Positions 39,101-49,068 of a stretch of DNA of 52,125 bases are shown in pieces. Each line of letters begins with the position of its first letter. Within the stretch, counting starts at the first letter, position 1. The stretch is from Girardia tigrina. Lineage: Eukaryota. The DNA lies in the NCBI GenBank assembly GCA_001938485.1, contig MQRK01199284.1:1-52125 (forward strand). The letters are read 5' to 3'. Under the pieces are notes generated by a model. That model ran no database searches, was not told where the DNA came from, and saw nothing but the letters and a program-made list of their open reading frames with translations. The position numbers and the translations under genes were made by a program.

Positions 39101-42100
39101 CGGTCAGAAAGCATGGTGGTTATAAAAAGCATTTAATATCCCCGGAGGTCGGTAAGAAAATCCTGGATTTCGTGGACGATAATCCCACCTGTTTTTTGCG
39201 AGAAATAAGATCCTTTTTGGTGCAATCATGAAATGTGACAATATCCAGATATTTGGAAGGTCAATTATTAACATTCAAAAAAGCAAAAACCTGTGTCGAA
39301 AATGAAAACTCCGAGCCAGTGAAACAATCCCGATATGAATACGTACTCAGATTTATCGAAGAAGGCTGGAGAACGCATGAGTGTGTATTCATAGATGAGG
39401 TGGGCTTCAATCTTTGGACCTAGAGATTGAATGCCAGATCCAAGAAATGAGATCTGGCCAATGTAATCGTTCCCACAAATCGAGGTAGAAATATTTCAAT
39501 GATAATGGCCATTTGGAAATTCGGCCCAATAAATTTTAGAGTGGTTCCCGGTAGCATCAACCATGACGTGTACCAAGATTTCATTGAGAAGCTATCATCA
39601 AAGCTCCCAGATGGCAATTATCGTTTCTTACATAATAATGCATCAATTCATTTCGATACAAACTCTATTTATTGGGTGTACAATTTACCACCATATTCTT
39701 CTTTCTTGAACCCCATTGAAACCGTTTTTGCCAAACTGAAGGAAAACATCAGAAGTCAAATGTAGAGGAATAGGGAACTATTTTCGACATTGTCGTAAAT
39801 TCTTGGCAAAATGTCTCCTAAAACATGATATCGTCGGAGATTGACTGACAATTATTGATTGATTTTTTATATTCTAAAATAACAACGTTTAATAGTGATT
39901 TGTCTTAAATTCAAAAAGATAAAAATATATGTTAAACTGACTTACAAAAATTAACTCCATCATCTCATGCGCCGTCAAATGGAGGTTACAATCAACGATT
40001 GTGGCCCTAATGAGGACCAGTTCACCTTCTCCGGCGTTGCTCCTCTCAAAGACCGCCGTCGCCGATGTCGTTATAACAATCGGTTGAAAATAAAATAAGA
40101 TTGCAAAAATAACAACAGTACATAAAATTATGTCATGAAATTGAATAAACTTGAAAAAAGATGGCAATTTTTTATTATAAACAAATAAACACCATTTAAA
40201 AATATTTTTATGATAATATATTTCGACGGTTTAACCATCATCATCAGATCACTGAATATGTTCTTTTTTATTGCTTTTATATAAGAAATGAATGATTATG
40301 TAATCACTTGCGTAAGTCTAATCGAAAACTCTTAACAAATTAGTGTAGAGTGCTGTTTGAACATTGATTTTTGGATCACATGATCTTATCAACAATGCTT
40401 CACATGACACTCTCCCAATAATTTTTAAAATGCTTGCACCTAACCCATTACACGTGTATTGATAAACAATGTCCGAACACAATCCTAAAGGAGTATGTGA
40501 TTGTTTGTGTTCGGACATTGTTTATCAATACACATGTAATGGATGCAATGCCACATACATGGGAGAGACTGCCCGTCATCTCTGCAAACGAGTTCAAGAA
40601 CACAGTCAAAAATGGGGAAAGAGTAATATTGCTGAGCATAAAAAACGTGTAAATGTAATAAATGATTTTAAGATTTTAGCGTTTATTTGTTTATAATAAA
40701 ATTGAATGTTATTCCATTTTATGATATATCATTATATAAGTCCTTTTTGACGTTGCGATATTATGTAACAGTACATAAAAACAATCATAAAGTAAAATTA
40801 TGATTGCTTTTACTGTTATTAAATGTGCACGTTATGTTATAAAATGAAACGCACTGTAAATTGCACGAACACACACACTAAACAGCTATGCATACATTAT
40901 GATGCAACGCAATGAACATCATCGCATGAATCCTATTAGCAGAGAAACATGGCTGTTTAGACAAAACCGTTATATTATGACCAGCATGGTATATTTCATA
41001 CATATCAGAATATATATATATATATATAGTGCAATGGATTGCACAGTAATAAAACAATCAGATTGTCATTCGAACTGTTTCGGCATGAAACTAGGATATT
41101 TTACTCAAAATCTTTGTAGATTTGAAAGATTGTCGAATTGATCATGAGAGAGATAAGGGATTCGAATATAAATATGACAATAACAATAAAAAAATAACTA
41201 AATTTGAATCCCGAACAGTTATGGAACATCGTCGATTTACTGATATTTAAATTTTGTAAATTTTCATTTACTGATTTTCGTTTAACATGCATGGCAAATA
41301 TTTTCTCATGCAGTTTTAGTATCCATCTTTTTCCCATGAACCATATTTTAAAAAATGAAAATTTTATCGACTCAAATATGTAAATAATAATAATAATAAC
41401 TACATGTTTTTACTAATAATCTATATTGAATTTTAAATAATTCTTATATATTATAATATTTATTAAGCGTTCGAATTCTTTTGAATTGAAAAGCAGATGT
41501 CCGAAACAAAATTATCATATTTACGGTCCTGAAAGTGATAAATATTTTTTAAGCATTCGAATTATAAAATTGTTACTCTTATATCTTACATTCATTTTAT
41601 TTTGATATTAATTTTAATAATTTAATTTTTAACGAAAAATAATGTTTCACGGCGAAAAGTTTTGTAAGAAATTCTCATGTTTAGAAACAGATGTACCAAA
41701 GGACTATTGAAAGATACATAAAGTACTTCGCTCTTCTTTTACGTACTAATCTAATATCCTCAAACTATATTATCCCAAAAATTTTTTACAATTTCCTAAT
41801 TTTTAAAGTAATATTGAATCATTAGAAGCATACTAATAATCATAGTTATTATTATATACTAGCGCGCTCGGCCCGCTTCGCGGCCCTCTCTTGCCGTGGG
41901 TTCAATTTTTTTTATATTATAAAAGCCCAAGTCACTCACTGCCTGCCTCACTGCCTCACTAATGCAGAATTTAAATACAGAATTTTTCATAATAAATTGA
42001 TGTTTTTCATATTAAANNNNNNNNNNNNNNNNNNNNNNNNNNNNNNNNNNNNNNNNNNNNNNNNNNNNNNNNNNNNNNNNNNNNNNNNNNNNNNNNNNNN

Positions 42101-44678
42101 NNNNNNNNNNNNNNNNNNNNNNNNNNNNNNNNNNNNNNNNNNNNNNNNNNNNNNNNNNNNNNNNNNNNNNNNNNNNNNNNNNNNNNNNNNNNNNNNNNNN
42201 NNNNNNNNNNNNNNNNNNNNNNNNNNNNNNNNNNNNNNNNNNNNNNNNNNNNNNNNNNNNNNNNNNNNNNNNNNNNNNNNNNNNNNNNNNNNNNNNNNNN
42301 NNNNNNNNNNNNNNNNNNNNNNNNNNNNNNNNNNNNNNNNNNNNNNNNNNNNNNNNNNNNNNNNNNNNNNATATTTTTTCACATTTATTTTTCAACAAAT
42401 AATACTATTATTACGTCAACAATTATTACGTAAGTGCGTTAGTGAAGCAGGCAGGCAGGCAGTGACTTGGGCTTTTATAATATATATTACTCCGTCATAT
42501 ACTTACAAAAATTACAAAACCCAATAATGGCCATAGGAATAAATGAATAAATTAAAATATTGTTTTACATAAAAATCAAAAAAAAATATATTTATCCTCA
42601 GATTTGTAAAGTGCGCAAATAAATATTTTCTTAGAATCCTGATCGACAGTGCTGAATAAAAAATGATCGTATAAAACAGGATTAGGGGTTTACTTATTGC
42701 TCGTGAGTCATTATTGGAAAAACTAATCCAAAATAAAACAAATATTGATGCATCATATCTCAATGATCCTCCATTGATTTCAAAATTAAATTATTATTAT
42801 CATTTGTAATTGTATTAAGTATATTTTTATTGAATTAAATTATTAAATTTAATAATCTAAAATTTGAAACGAAATACCATGAAAATAAATGAGCTGTAAA
42901 AATTTTAATTTTTAAAAGAAACTTTAAAAAGTTAATATATAGAATAAAAATATTTTTAAAGATTAAGAACAGTATTCTATTGTTTTATCGAATTATTTTT
43001 CAAAAAATCCTGATTAAAAAACAGTCCATTCTCTCGACGTTGTCCGACCTTCCTACAGAAAAATAAAGATCTACAAATATTTAAGGAGTATTTTCGATAG
43101 TTTTCTTAAACTTGTTCTTTTTCTTTGTACTAACACTTTCTGTTTGTGACAATTTAACTTGATTTATTTCTGTTAGTTTTTAATGATATATTATAATATT
43201 TTGATTTTTCAAAATTATAGTTTCACAATGAAGTAAATTTACTAATGTTCTATTAACAAACCGTATCATAAGAAACAACCAGCACACCTCTTTTTTAAAA
43301 TAACCATATTTTTTATTAAGACAAAACAGAAATTAATATCAACCTATGACTTTCCATTTTCAAACTGAGACTTATGGTAAGTTTTACCTTCGAATATTCT
43401 TATCTAACATTACACATTCCAGTATAAGCAATCTTTAATCAGTCATTGTGAATATTAATTTAGTCTGTCATGAAAATTCTCTACAAATAATTTCACAATT
43501 TCTCTAGCAACTGATACGATCAAATTACCAAAAAAGTTTTCGACAGCTATAATATACATTGAATCATTAAATGAAAAGAAAAAATCTTTAGAAAATGGGC
43601 ATTTTTATACTAAAAAAGATGTAAGCTGAATATTTTAAGAAACCTTTACCTTTAGCTTACATATTTATAAATTTATCACTAGTGAACTATCTTTACTGTG
43701 ATGATTTTTTGTGAATACTGGGATTTTATGAAAGCCTTCTTGTTCTCGTCGTTGCCCTCTACTCAGAATATTAACTAATTTCTTAAACAGACTCAGAAGA
43801 TTAGTTGTCCACATAATGAAATAGAAAACAGTTATGACAAGATCAGATTCTTGTTTACATTGTTTAAATTTGCACCAGTGAGCTTTCATTGCACATATTA
43901 TTTGAAATTCACAAGGTTGAAGAACAGAAGTTGTTTTTATGGCAAAAATTTAACTGTTACGTTTTAGAGAATTAATAAGGGATGATAAGCAGAAGAACTT
44001 TACAATTGGCTTTTTCATCACTTTATTGATATATATATATATATCAGTAGTGTCAACGTAGGAGGTCAATAGGAGAAGCATCGAGGTTTTTATATATTTT
44101 CAAGAGCCACACTTAAAATAGTTAGAGATATTTAATACAAAAAATGTTACATAATTTTTATAATAATTTTACAAATAAATAAAATAGACAAATATTCAAA
44201 TAAAACGTTTTCAATAAATTTTTTTTTAAATAATGGATAAAAAATTCCATAAAAATGCATTAAAATAATTTACAAATAACAATAAAATGAATGATACATA
44301 CTAAATTAAATTAATTGATACATAATATTAGTTTAAATTTTGTTTTCAATGAAAGATCATCTAAATTCTAAAATAAACATACTGAAAGGCGATAAGACGT
44401 TGTAATATGTTTCTACTATTTAGAGAAAGAGAATTCAGAGTGAATTGACGAATATACTTATTAATACTTTTATTATTTTTAGATTAACATATAAAATTCT
44501 GACACATACTTAACAAATATCGAGTTTGTATTTATTTATATTATTGTTAAAGTTTCGCGAAATTTCAAAAGGAGCCGCACAGAATCCTTCAAAGAGCTGC
44601 ATTAGGGTATATATATATATATATATATNNNNNNNNNNNNNNNNNNNNNNNNNNNNNNNNNNNNNNNNNNNNNNNNNN

Positions 44679-44735
<57 letters not shown>

Positions 44736-47700
44736 GTTATGATTATTAAACAGTTAATTTTTAGTGTACACAATCTGAGTGATTTTAAATAGTTAAAATT
44801 TCTTTTAAAATTACTTAACACGAAAATGTAAAACAGCTCCTTTAATTAATTTGGAAATTAATTCAAGTCACTTTTAAAATAAACGAATCATACAACATAA
44901 AAATCATATCATTAATACAATTACGTAAAAAATATAACTTTATCTCCCTGTTCATTAGTTTGAAAACTTTACAAATACAAATAAGACGAATTATTTTCTG
45001 ACAGACTTGTGTTTAGAACCTAGGAATTGTTTAATGTGTTTTACGCATAGTATAAGGTCTAAATACAAGATAATAAACTGTATGTGGAAAAAGAAAAACT
45101 ATTTCTATCAGTCATAGTCGGTTTTAAGTACCCACATAAATCAACTTATCTAAAAAGTATGTTAACCCTTAACTCATGAGAGCATTTTAGTGATCCACAA
45201 ACTCCACAAAGTAACTTAATAAAAGCTTAAATTAATATAAATTATATTGCTTAATTGAAAATATATTTTGATTGCAATGATTTTAAGCAATCGGAAATAA
45301 AAAGGGATTAAATTTATTTGAAAATGATTATTAAATTATTGAGAAACTTTCAAATTAAGTGAAACATGATCGATGAAAAACAGAATTTTGTTATTTTAAA
45401 TAATACGTTTGTGTAATTTTAAAAATAATACATTTAAACTAGTAATATATTAACATCTGACTGAAAACGTATAGTTAATCGATGTAAAAAATATTTTTGT
45501 TAAATCATAAGTGTATGTTAGTTTTATAAGTTCGTAGAAAATGCTTAATAATTATATATTTATCAATATTGTGTAATTGATGCGGTAATTTATACGAGAT
45601 TTGCATTTCATATAATTTAAGAATGATCATAAATAATAGGCATTAACTAATTTTTTTTACATTCTTTCAGTGAAACACTTTTTCCTAAAAATGAAATTTT
45701 TTTTAAAAATAATATTATTAAATAATTTAATCAAAAAATATATTTTTAAAATTTGATAAAAACTTGTAAAAGATCTTGTGTAATTTGAAAAATTGAAAAA
45801 GATGAAATTGTTGTTTTCTACAAATATTTCTATTTGTTTAATTTCTATTTTAAATTATCAACATACAATTTCACGTCAAAAAAGTTGTTAAAGATAGACT
45901 TTAAAACTGAGATTTAGTCAATTATTTCGATGATGTACCGCTTCAATAATTCAAATTTAATTGCTATTTATAGTTTAGAATGTTTAGAATTTTAAAGAAT
46001 TTACACTACATCCTAAACGCCTGTAGCGCAAGCAGCCAGAGTTGATTATTACAAATGATCCTGATGTGACTGGAGCTTTACACAGAGTTGCTTTGCCCGA
46101 CAGAGGAGCCCTATACACTTTCAAAGGCTCTTAGCCATGATGTCAGTAACATGACATTATCAAGAAGCTCCATCAGACGTTCTCGGTACTCAAACTGTGA
46201 ATAACAGAGCAGTGTATCAGACATCCATCCACAATAAGTCACTTCTACTTCGTTGGATGGTAAACTTATATCGGATATTACTTATAGGAAAGAGAGAATA
46301 GACAGAATTGCAGTACTGGTAACAAGTGGTGGTGAAGAGATGCTGCTTGGTGTTCCAAAAAATTGTCTCAGAAGTGATAAAAATCAAGCTGATGCCTTTT
46401 TAGTAACGCTTGATGAAAGGGAAATCAGACAACTAATTTGTGGTCTAGTATTTGATACGCCTACTAGCAACATTGGAATAAAGAAGGATACATGTTCTAT
46501 TATATAATGTTCTCTAGGATAAGACAGAGCTAATATTTAATGTTTGTGATATAATAAAAAAATTTCTCAAAATTCTGAATTTTTCCTGTATTACCCATTT
46601 AATATTAAGAAAAAGAATTTGTATTTGTACAACCTCTAAAAACTCACCTATCTGGTTGAAATTTGACAGACGTGTTACTAGGCACACAGAACAAAATTAG
46701 ACTTTTGAACCGATAGTTACATGAGTTTAACGTTTTTGGACCACCCTAATTCCAAATTCTTTCGCTTTCCAGCTTTCTTCGGCATTACTGTTAGAACTGA
46801 CCAATCATGGACATTATATCCATGACTGGTAATAACTTTGGATGTATTCGTGGACTTAACACAACCTTGAAACATGTTTGTATTTCCAATGTGGCCTCCC
46901 ATCTTTTTCGAATGGTTTTGAGCCTATAGGCTATTTAGAGGGCCCACCCAAACTAAAGAATCACTAGCATAGTACGAGTTTTTATACCATTAAATTTATA
47001 AACTAGATTATCTTGCTATGCACAAATTGTATTCGCTTTATTTAAGAGAATGCTTTGAACTTTTGATGTCGTTGAAACTACTTTGACTCTTTGAAATACT
47101 CTTCTTAAATACTTTAAACCCTTCAGAATATGGTGTTTTGATTATTTGTTTTTGCTCTTCAGTGTTTCTTTCTTCTAATCCTTTCTTAAGCAGTGTTTGT
47201 GTGCAATATGACATTAATGTGTGGTTTATTTTGCTTTGTATACATTTTGTCCCTTAAGCGTACTCTAACAATATTTAAAATTATGATATGCAATTTCAAA
47301 ATCGGAATTGTTATGGTTTCGGTGAATAGTTACGACTTGCGACTATTCTTATCTAACCCTAACCCAGATGTATTTTTATTTAATTTCAACAGGGTCAAAA
47401 ACGATCCTTTATCTATATGATTTCGATACTTCCGTGTTATCCTATCTCCAAAATGTTTTGTTGCGAGCGTTGGTCAATGAGAAAACCAGTGCTGTGCATT
47501 TTTTGTAGCACCGTGAAAACCTACACAACCCCGTATGTGCAGTAATAATCAAGCATTGACTTTGTCACTTAATGACCATCACGATGTGTTTCCCCAACAA
47601 TGGGTTTTTGGTGGTAATTGTAGAGAAAGCGTTGAGAAAGATAAAGTATGGAAAAAACCAAAACATTTCTATTTAATACAGTTTAGACATTTTTGGATAA

Positions 47701-49068
47701 TCCTAAAACGTTTTTCGCTAAAAACATTTTTTTGATTTACTCATTTGATTAAATTTTCACATTATCATTTATTGTCTTCAAAAATGAGTAAGTGTGCAAA
47801 GCTTTTCGAAAATTAATTGAGCTAAAAGCCTTCAAAAATAGGTTNNNNNNNNNNNNNNNNNNNNNNNNNNNNNNNNNNNNNNNNNNNNNNNNNNNNNNNN
47901 NNNNNNNNNNNNNNNNNNNNNNNNNNNNNNNNNNNNNNNNNNNNNNNNNNNNNNNNNNNNNNNNNNNNNNNNNNNNNNNNNNNNNNNNNNTATATTGTTG
48001 GATACTTTGCCATCAAATAAATACACTTCATAATTCCTCCGAAAGAATTCTCAGAATATGATTCTTATTCCAGGTACAATATGCGGTCTCATCCTCTTAC
48101 AGCACACGCCCAATAAATATACATATAGCAATCAAGCTAATGTTAAGCATGAAAAACAACCGAATCTTACTTTCATTCCATCCGTCCGCAAGGCCCTTGA
48201 TATCGGGCTTGATATCGGGCTCATTGTCCAAGTCACCACAATTAATCATATTGGACCCGATGGAGAAATCCCTCGACACGATATCGATATTCTCCTGATC
48301 CTGCTTGCTGCTGTGGTGATGATGGTGATGCAACTCGGAATCGATATGCGAATTGATCGTAAAACTCTCCAACTCAAAATTCTTCAACTCGGACTCGGTG
48401 TTAGCGAGACTGGCCTCATCGACAATGATCGATTCGTACTTCCCGTGTCCGTAGAACGAGTCGCCGTGAGTCAATTGATTCAACAATTCCGCTCGGATAT
48501 TTAACTTCTCCGACATGGCACTGATTGGCGGCAACAGATTCTGTTGTGATCGAACGGTGGTTGCTGTCGTCGTCGAAAGAGAATTCGAATTGAAACTCGG
48601 TTTGGTGATTTGTAAACCATCGTGTTGAGGATTGTTGTCCAAATTCGGATTCAAATGATTCTGAGAATTGTTTAATCCATCGATATTTAAATCCAGAATT
48701 TGCTGCTCGGTCGATAACGCGGGGGTCAATAAAATCAATTGATTTTCACCGATATTGATTAACGTCACTTTCAATGACGCGGAATTCGAATTTTCGATAA
48801 TCGAATTGGCGAGAAACGGAAGATTGTGATGGTTGTTAACGACCGAGAGATTGTTAATATTTAGTCCGTTAAGAGGCATATTGAGGGAATAGGGAATCGT
48901 CATGGGGTTTTGAAAGATTTCATCGCGACAATTCAAATTATTGTGGGTATTATTAATGATATTTCGTTCGGATTTATTTAAAAAATGGAAATTCTGATTA
49001 GTGTTATTATTAGTAGTAGTAGTATTATTCGTAATTGACGTTCCAATATTTCCATTGAAAAAATTCAT
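3143..49068 (-). CDS. onecut: ONECUT (HNF6-class) CUT-homeodomain transcription factor, 4 coding exons: join(49068-48171, 23130-23033, 7525-7306, 4095-3143), about 722 aa
   Basis: Exon lengths 898+98+220+953 = 2169 nt (723 codons including stop). Intron phases 1, 0, 1 all match with GT..AG ends. Single CUT domain plus a homeodomain with the F48/M50 ONECUT signature. Extra small exons in intron 1 cannot be excluded. Confidence 0.88.
5611..6864 (+). mobile_element. Decayed full-length mariner element
   Basis: TA-flanked imperfect TIRs (TCAGGTCATTCTATAAGTTCTG / CAGACTTATGGGATGACCAAA). ATG at 5796 gives MDALKNHLRLVMLYDFKKGKSAAETSRNI. KLGK*VPPELSE corresponds to WVPHEL. Many stops and frameshifts. 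Confidence 0.88.
7306..7525 (-). CDS. onecut: ONECUT exon 3: CUT domain
   Basis: DLAQRISAELKRYSIPQAVFAQRVLCRSQGTLSDLLRNPKPWSKLKSGRETFRRMCKWLNEPEANRMAHLRTA. Acceptor tttttcctctaag, donor A|gtaag. Confidence 0.96.
8040..11010 (+). pseudogene. Putative decayed multi-exon gene antisense to ONECUT intron 2
   Basis: Cluster of strong donors (gtaagt, gtgagt x2, gtaaga, gtaggt, gtaagg) paired with T-rich acceptors. Introns 9516-9575 and 9595-9641 splice in frame to ...QNTIENSN|ITNLNPG|FSELPKN*. Product not identified. Confidence 0.35.
11738..13010 (+). mobile_element. Decayed mariner element carrying an internal 18S rDNA fragment
   Basis: ATG at 11827 gives MSKRDFRNIYFYEFLLGCNAAQTARNIN, then SGNTSLEDEP. 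After the insert: HDHVKRLGLVSKLD, IISGNEKWVIY, VYCDQLDKL, LPERWRKVLDQNGEY. Degenerate TIRs at about 11738-11765 and 12980-13010. Confidence 0.85.
11980..12236 (+). rRNA. 18S rRNA gene fragment (pseudogenic, about 255 bp)
   Basis: Universal SSU motifs TTCGATTCCGGAGAGGGAGCCTGAGAAACGGCTACCACATC, GAAGGCAGCAGGCGCGCAAATTACCCA and GTCTGGTGCCAGCAGCCGCGGTAATTCC. The rest of the rDNA unit is absent. Confidence 0.97.
14426..16112 (+). mobile_element. Internally deleted LTR retrotransposon (family B): 5' LTR, PBS, gag, zinc-finger/integrase remnants
   Basis: Putative LTR TGTTGG(14426)...CCTAACA(14691) followed at once by PBS TGGCGACC. Gag-like ORF 14766-15107 (PDKF...ESVEEFF). ORF 15591-16112 has KPYRCQLC, H-x-G-x2-RT-x7-FW and FKCPLAGC. 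LTR start is tentative. Confidence 0.65.
16716..17074. mobile_element. Tigger/pogo-type MITE
   Basis: TA|CAGCATTACCTCAGTAAACCGCGG ... CCACGGTGTACTGAAGGGTTACTG|TA: imperfect TIRs with TA flanks. Confidence 0.65.
17085..18455 (-). mobile_element. pogo-like transposase 5' half (CENP-B-type HTH), interrupted
   Basis: MAKRSFT...GAGRKTSLGTIEQIICDEIMDLRIRKMKVSRKYI (18241-17949) continues as SDRAVALSKEFNIKLKATGNWITGFMKRNGFTLRRTTN (17312-17190). Terminal subrepeats GGGTCGTGATACTA at 18359-18440. Confidence 0.75.
17367..17450. mobile_element. 84-bp Tigger-like mini-MITE
   Basis: TA|CAGGCAAACTCGGTTATCTCGAA ... TTCGAGATAAGCGAGTTTGACTC|TA. Confidence 0.75.
18538..19035 (-). mobile_element. Gypsy 3' LTR (family A)
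   Basis: Follows the pol end and PPT (GAGAGGGA). Starts TGTGAGGAATATTTT, ends TGTTCTTAATA. Homologous to 44-532. Confidence 0.85.
19031..21382 (-). mobile_element. Ty3/Gypsy pol pseudogene (RT, RNase H, integrase), 5' truncated
   Basis: RVCVDFRQLN, YFSTIDL, KTAFST, YLDDILI (RT). LDTDAS, RTDHKA (RNase H). H-x4-H..CENC, IDQFSRY, NGIIER (integrase). RT-RH-IN order. Frameshifts and stops. Confidence 0.96.
23033..23130 (-). CDS. onecut: ONECUT exon 2 (98 nt), supplies the start of the CUT domain
   Basis: ttcctttcag|CA TCA...GAC ATG GAA GAC CTC AAC ACA AAG|gtttaa. MEDLNTK|DLAQRI matches the ONECUT consensus MEEINTKEVAQRI. Phases 1 and 0 fit both neighbours. Confidence 0.9.
25156..25199 (-). ncRNA. 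Minimal type I hammerhead ribozyme motif (Penelope-type)
   Basis: auccac CUGAAGA u GUUCUU au AAGAAC GAAA CAUG U C guaaau. Intact core, 6-bp stem II, palindromic stem III (ACAUGU), GUC site. Stem I has two mismatches. Confidence 0.75.
25589..26058 (+). mobile_element. DINE-1/HINE-like non-autonomous Helentron, copy 1
   Basis: Subterminal IRs AGCGCAATTTCC (25594) / GGAAATTACGCT (26014), partial 5' IR CAATTGCG, (GGAT)n microsatellite, 3' hairpin GTC-ACTA-GAC, T-rich ends. Inverted near-identical copy at 31108-31582. Confidence 0.75.
26063..26380 (-). mobile_element. Penelope-like 3' remnant with a degenerate hammerhead motif (26063-26101)
   Basis: cacaa CUGAUGA u GC cguaau GC AAAA CAUG C U uugg (GAAA mutated to AAAA, U16.1 to C). 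Upstream LILEKYLINIKK resembles a GIY-YIG C-terminus. Confidence 0.5.
26818..27716 (+). pseudogene. Intronless BET-like (BRD2/3/4 BD1-type) bromodomain copy, probably a retro- or captured pseudogene
   Basis: LTNRLQFIKKK (cf. TNQLQYL), then an N gap, then ITDVRLVFQNCYIFNPPEIDLISMTLTLENIFNSKLEKLP. The frame is kept across the gap. The ATG at 26818 is out of frame. GC is much higher than the flanks. Confidence 0.8.
30619..31043 (+). mobile_element. Solo LTR (family A) inserted at a (TA)n run
   Basis: GTGAAGAATATTTT start, GTTTCTCCCACCCAGATGGAA, ATCAA..AGAACGATGTC and TATTCTTAATA end are shared with 44-532. Confidence 0.72.
31108..31582 (-). mobile_element. DINE-1/HINE-like element, copy 2 (inverted)
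   Basis: Reverse complement of 25589-26058 with scattered substitutions. Confidence 0.78.
33350..36616 (-). mobile_element. DD41D (rosa/Visitor/LTIR-type) Tc1-mariner element, split by an insertion
   Basis: IIFSDEASF...YQHDGASPH...WIGRRGP|HE*PPRSPDLTIPDF*LWSYVK...NGEHFEQLL*. There are 41 residues between the second and third Asp. Likely terminus TA|CCGTGCGATTC at 33350. Confidence 0.88.
33736..35443. mobile_element. About 1.7-kb insertion with 5-bp TSD, probable long solo LTR
   Basis: GGGTC duplicated at 33731-33735 and 35444-35448. Removing the insert restores RRGPHE. One end is ...TACTACA (TGTAGT on the minus strand); the other end is TTTTGA. Confidence 0.75.
37347..38580 (-). mobile_element. 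Decayed Tc1-like element (DD35E-type spacing)
   Basis: MGHRKYI...GRKRSTS HTH, LFTDET, FQHDGAPAH...WPGSLPDLNAIKN. Terminus TA|CCATGCTGGCCATAAAA resembles the Tc1 TIR. The 5' end is uncertain. Confidence 0.85.
38818..39830 (+). mobile_element. IS630-like Tc1-superfamily transposase pseudogene
   Basis: Continuous frame with stops: HGGYKK, VDDNPTCFLREI, VFIDEVGFNL, RGRNISMIMAI, HNNASIH, LPPYSSFLNPIETVFAKLK. Confidence 0.85.
40180..40696. mobile_element. Penelope-like element remnant: two GIY-YIG endonuclease pieces in opposite orientation
   Basis: Plus strand: DIVYQYTCNGCNATYMGETARHLCKRVQEH...DFKILA. Minus strand: DIVYQYTCNG..EALLIRSCDPKINVQ..LRVFD*. Confidence 0.88.
40210..40252 (-). ncRNA. 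Minimal type I hammerhead ribozyme motif in a Penelope pseudo-LTR
   Basis: GUGAU CUGAUGA u GAUGG uuaaa CCGUC GAAA UAUA U U AUCAU. Intact core, 5-bp stems I and II, palindromic stem III, AUU site. Lies about 65 nt after the GIY-YIG stop codon. Confidence 0.78.
41859..42486 (-). mobile_element. Non-autonomous Helitron with a second, inverted 5' end
   Basis: 3' end on minus: hairpin GGCCGCGAAGCGGGCC, then CTAG|T. The 5'-type sequence TATATTATAAAAGCCCAAGTCACT occurs on minus (~42484) and plus (~41913). Confidence 0.75.
44608..44733. repeat. (TA)n microsatellite spanning a 50-N gap
   Basis: Seen directly. Other (TA)n runs at 24068-24106, 27755-27771 and 30593-30619. Confidence 0.95.
46020..46748 (+). 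mobile_element. hATm-like transposon remnant
   Basis: LLLRWDGKLISD, DRIAVLVT, LLGVPK, GLVFDTPTSNIG (cf. HWDGK...FDTTASNTG). Right terminus TTTTGGACCACCCTA (TAGGGTG-type end). Family assignment is from recall. Confidence 0.65.
46750..47190 (-). mobile_element. Degenerate Penelope-like RT-linker/GIY-YIG remnant
   Basis: IKTPYSEG, KVVST, NLVYKF and HGYNVHDWSVLTV..KRKNLE in shifting frames. Confidence 0.4.
47440..47640 (+). mobile_element. Merlin/ISXO2-like transposase fragment, internally deleted
   Basis: AVHFL*HRENLHNPRMCSNN fused directly to FPQQWVFGGNCRES (WVFGG motif). Confidence 0.6.
48171..49068 (-). CDS. onecut: ONECUT exon 1: Asn-rich N-terminus, TP-box-like motif, poly-His tract
   Basis: LLPPISAMSEKL (cf. 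ONECUT LPPISTVSDKF) and HHHHHH. Donor GAA A|gtaag at 48170 is phase 1 and matches exon 2. Confidence 0.85.

Noticed and set aside
45162-45200. TTAA|CCCTT piggyBac-like terminus
   Set aside because: No matching second end or transposase found.
48058-48504. 148-aa hydrophobic ORF on the + strand
   Set aside because: Antisense shadow of ONECUT exon 1.
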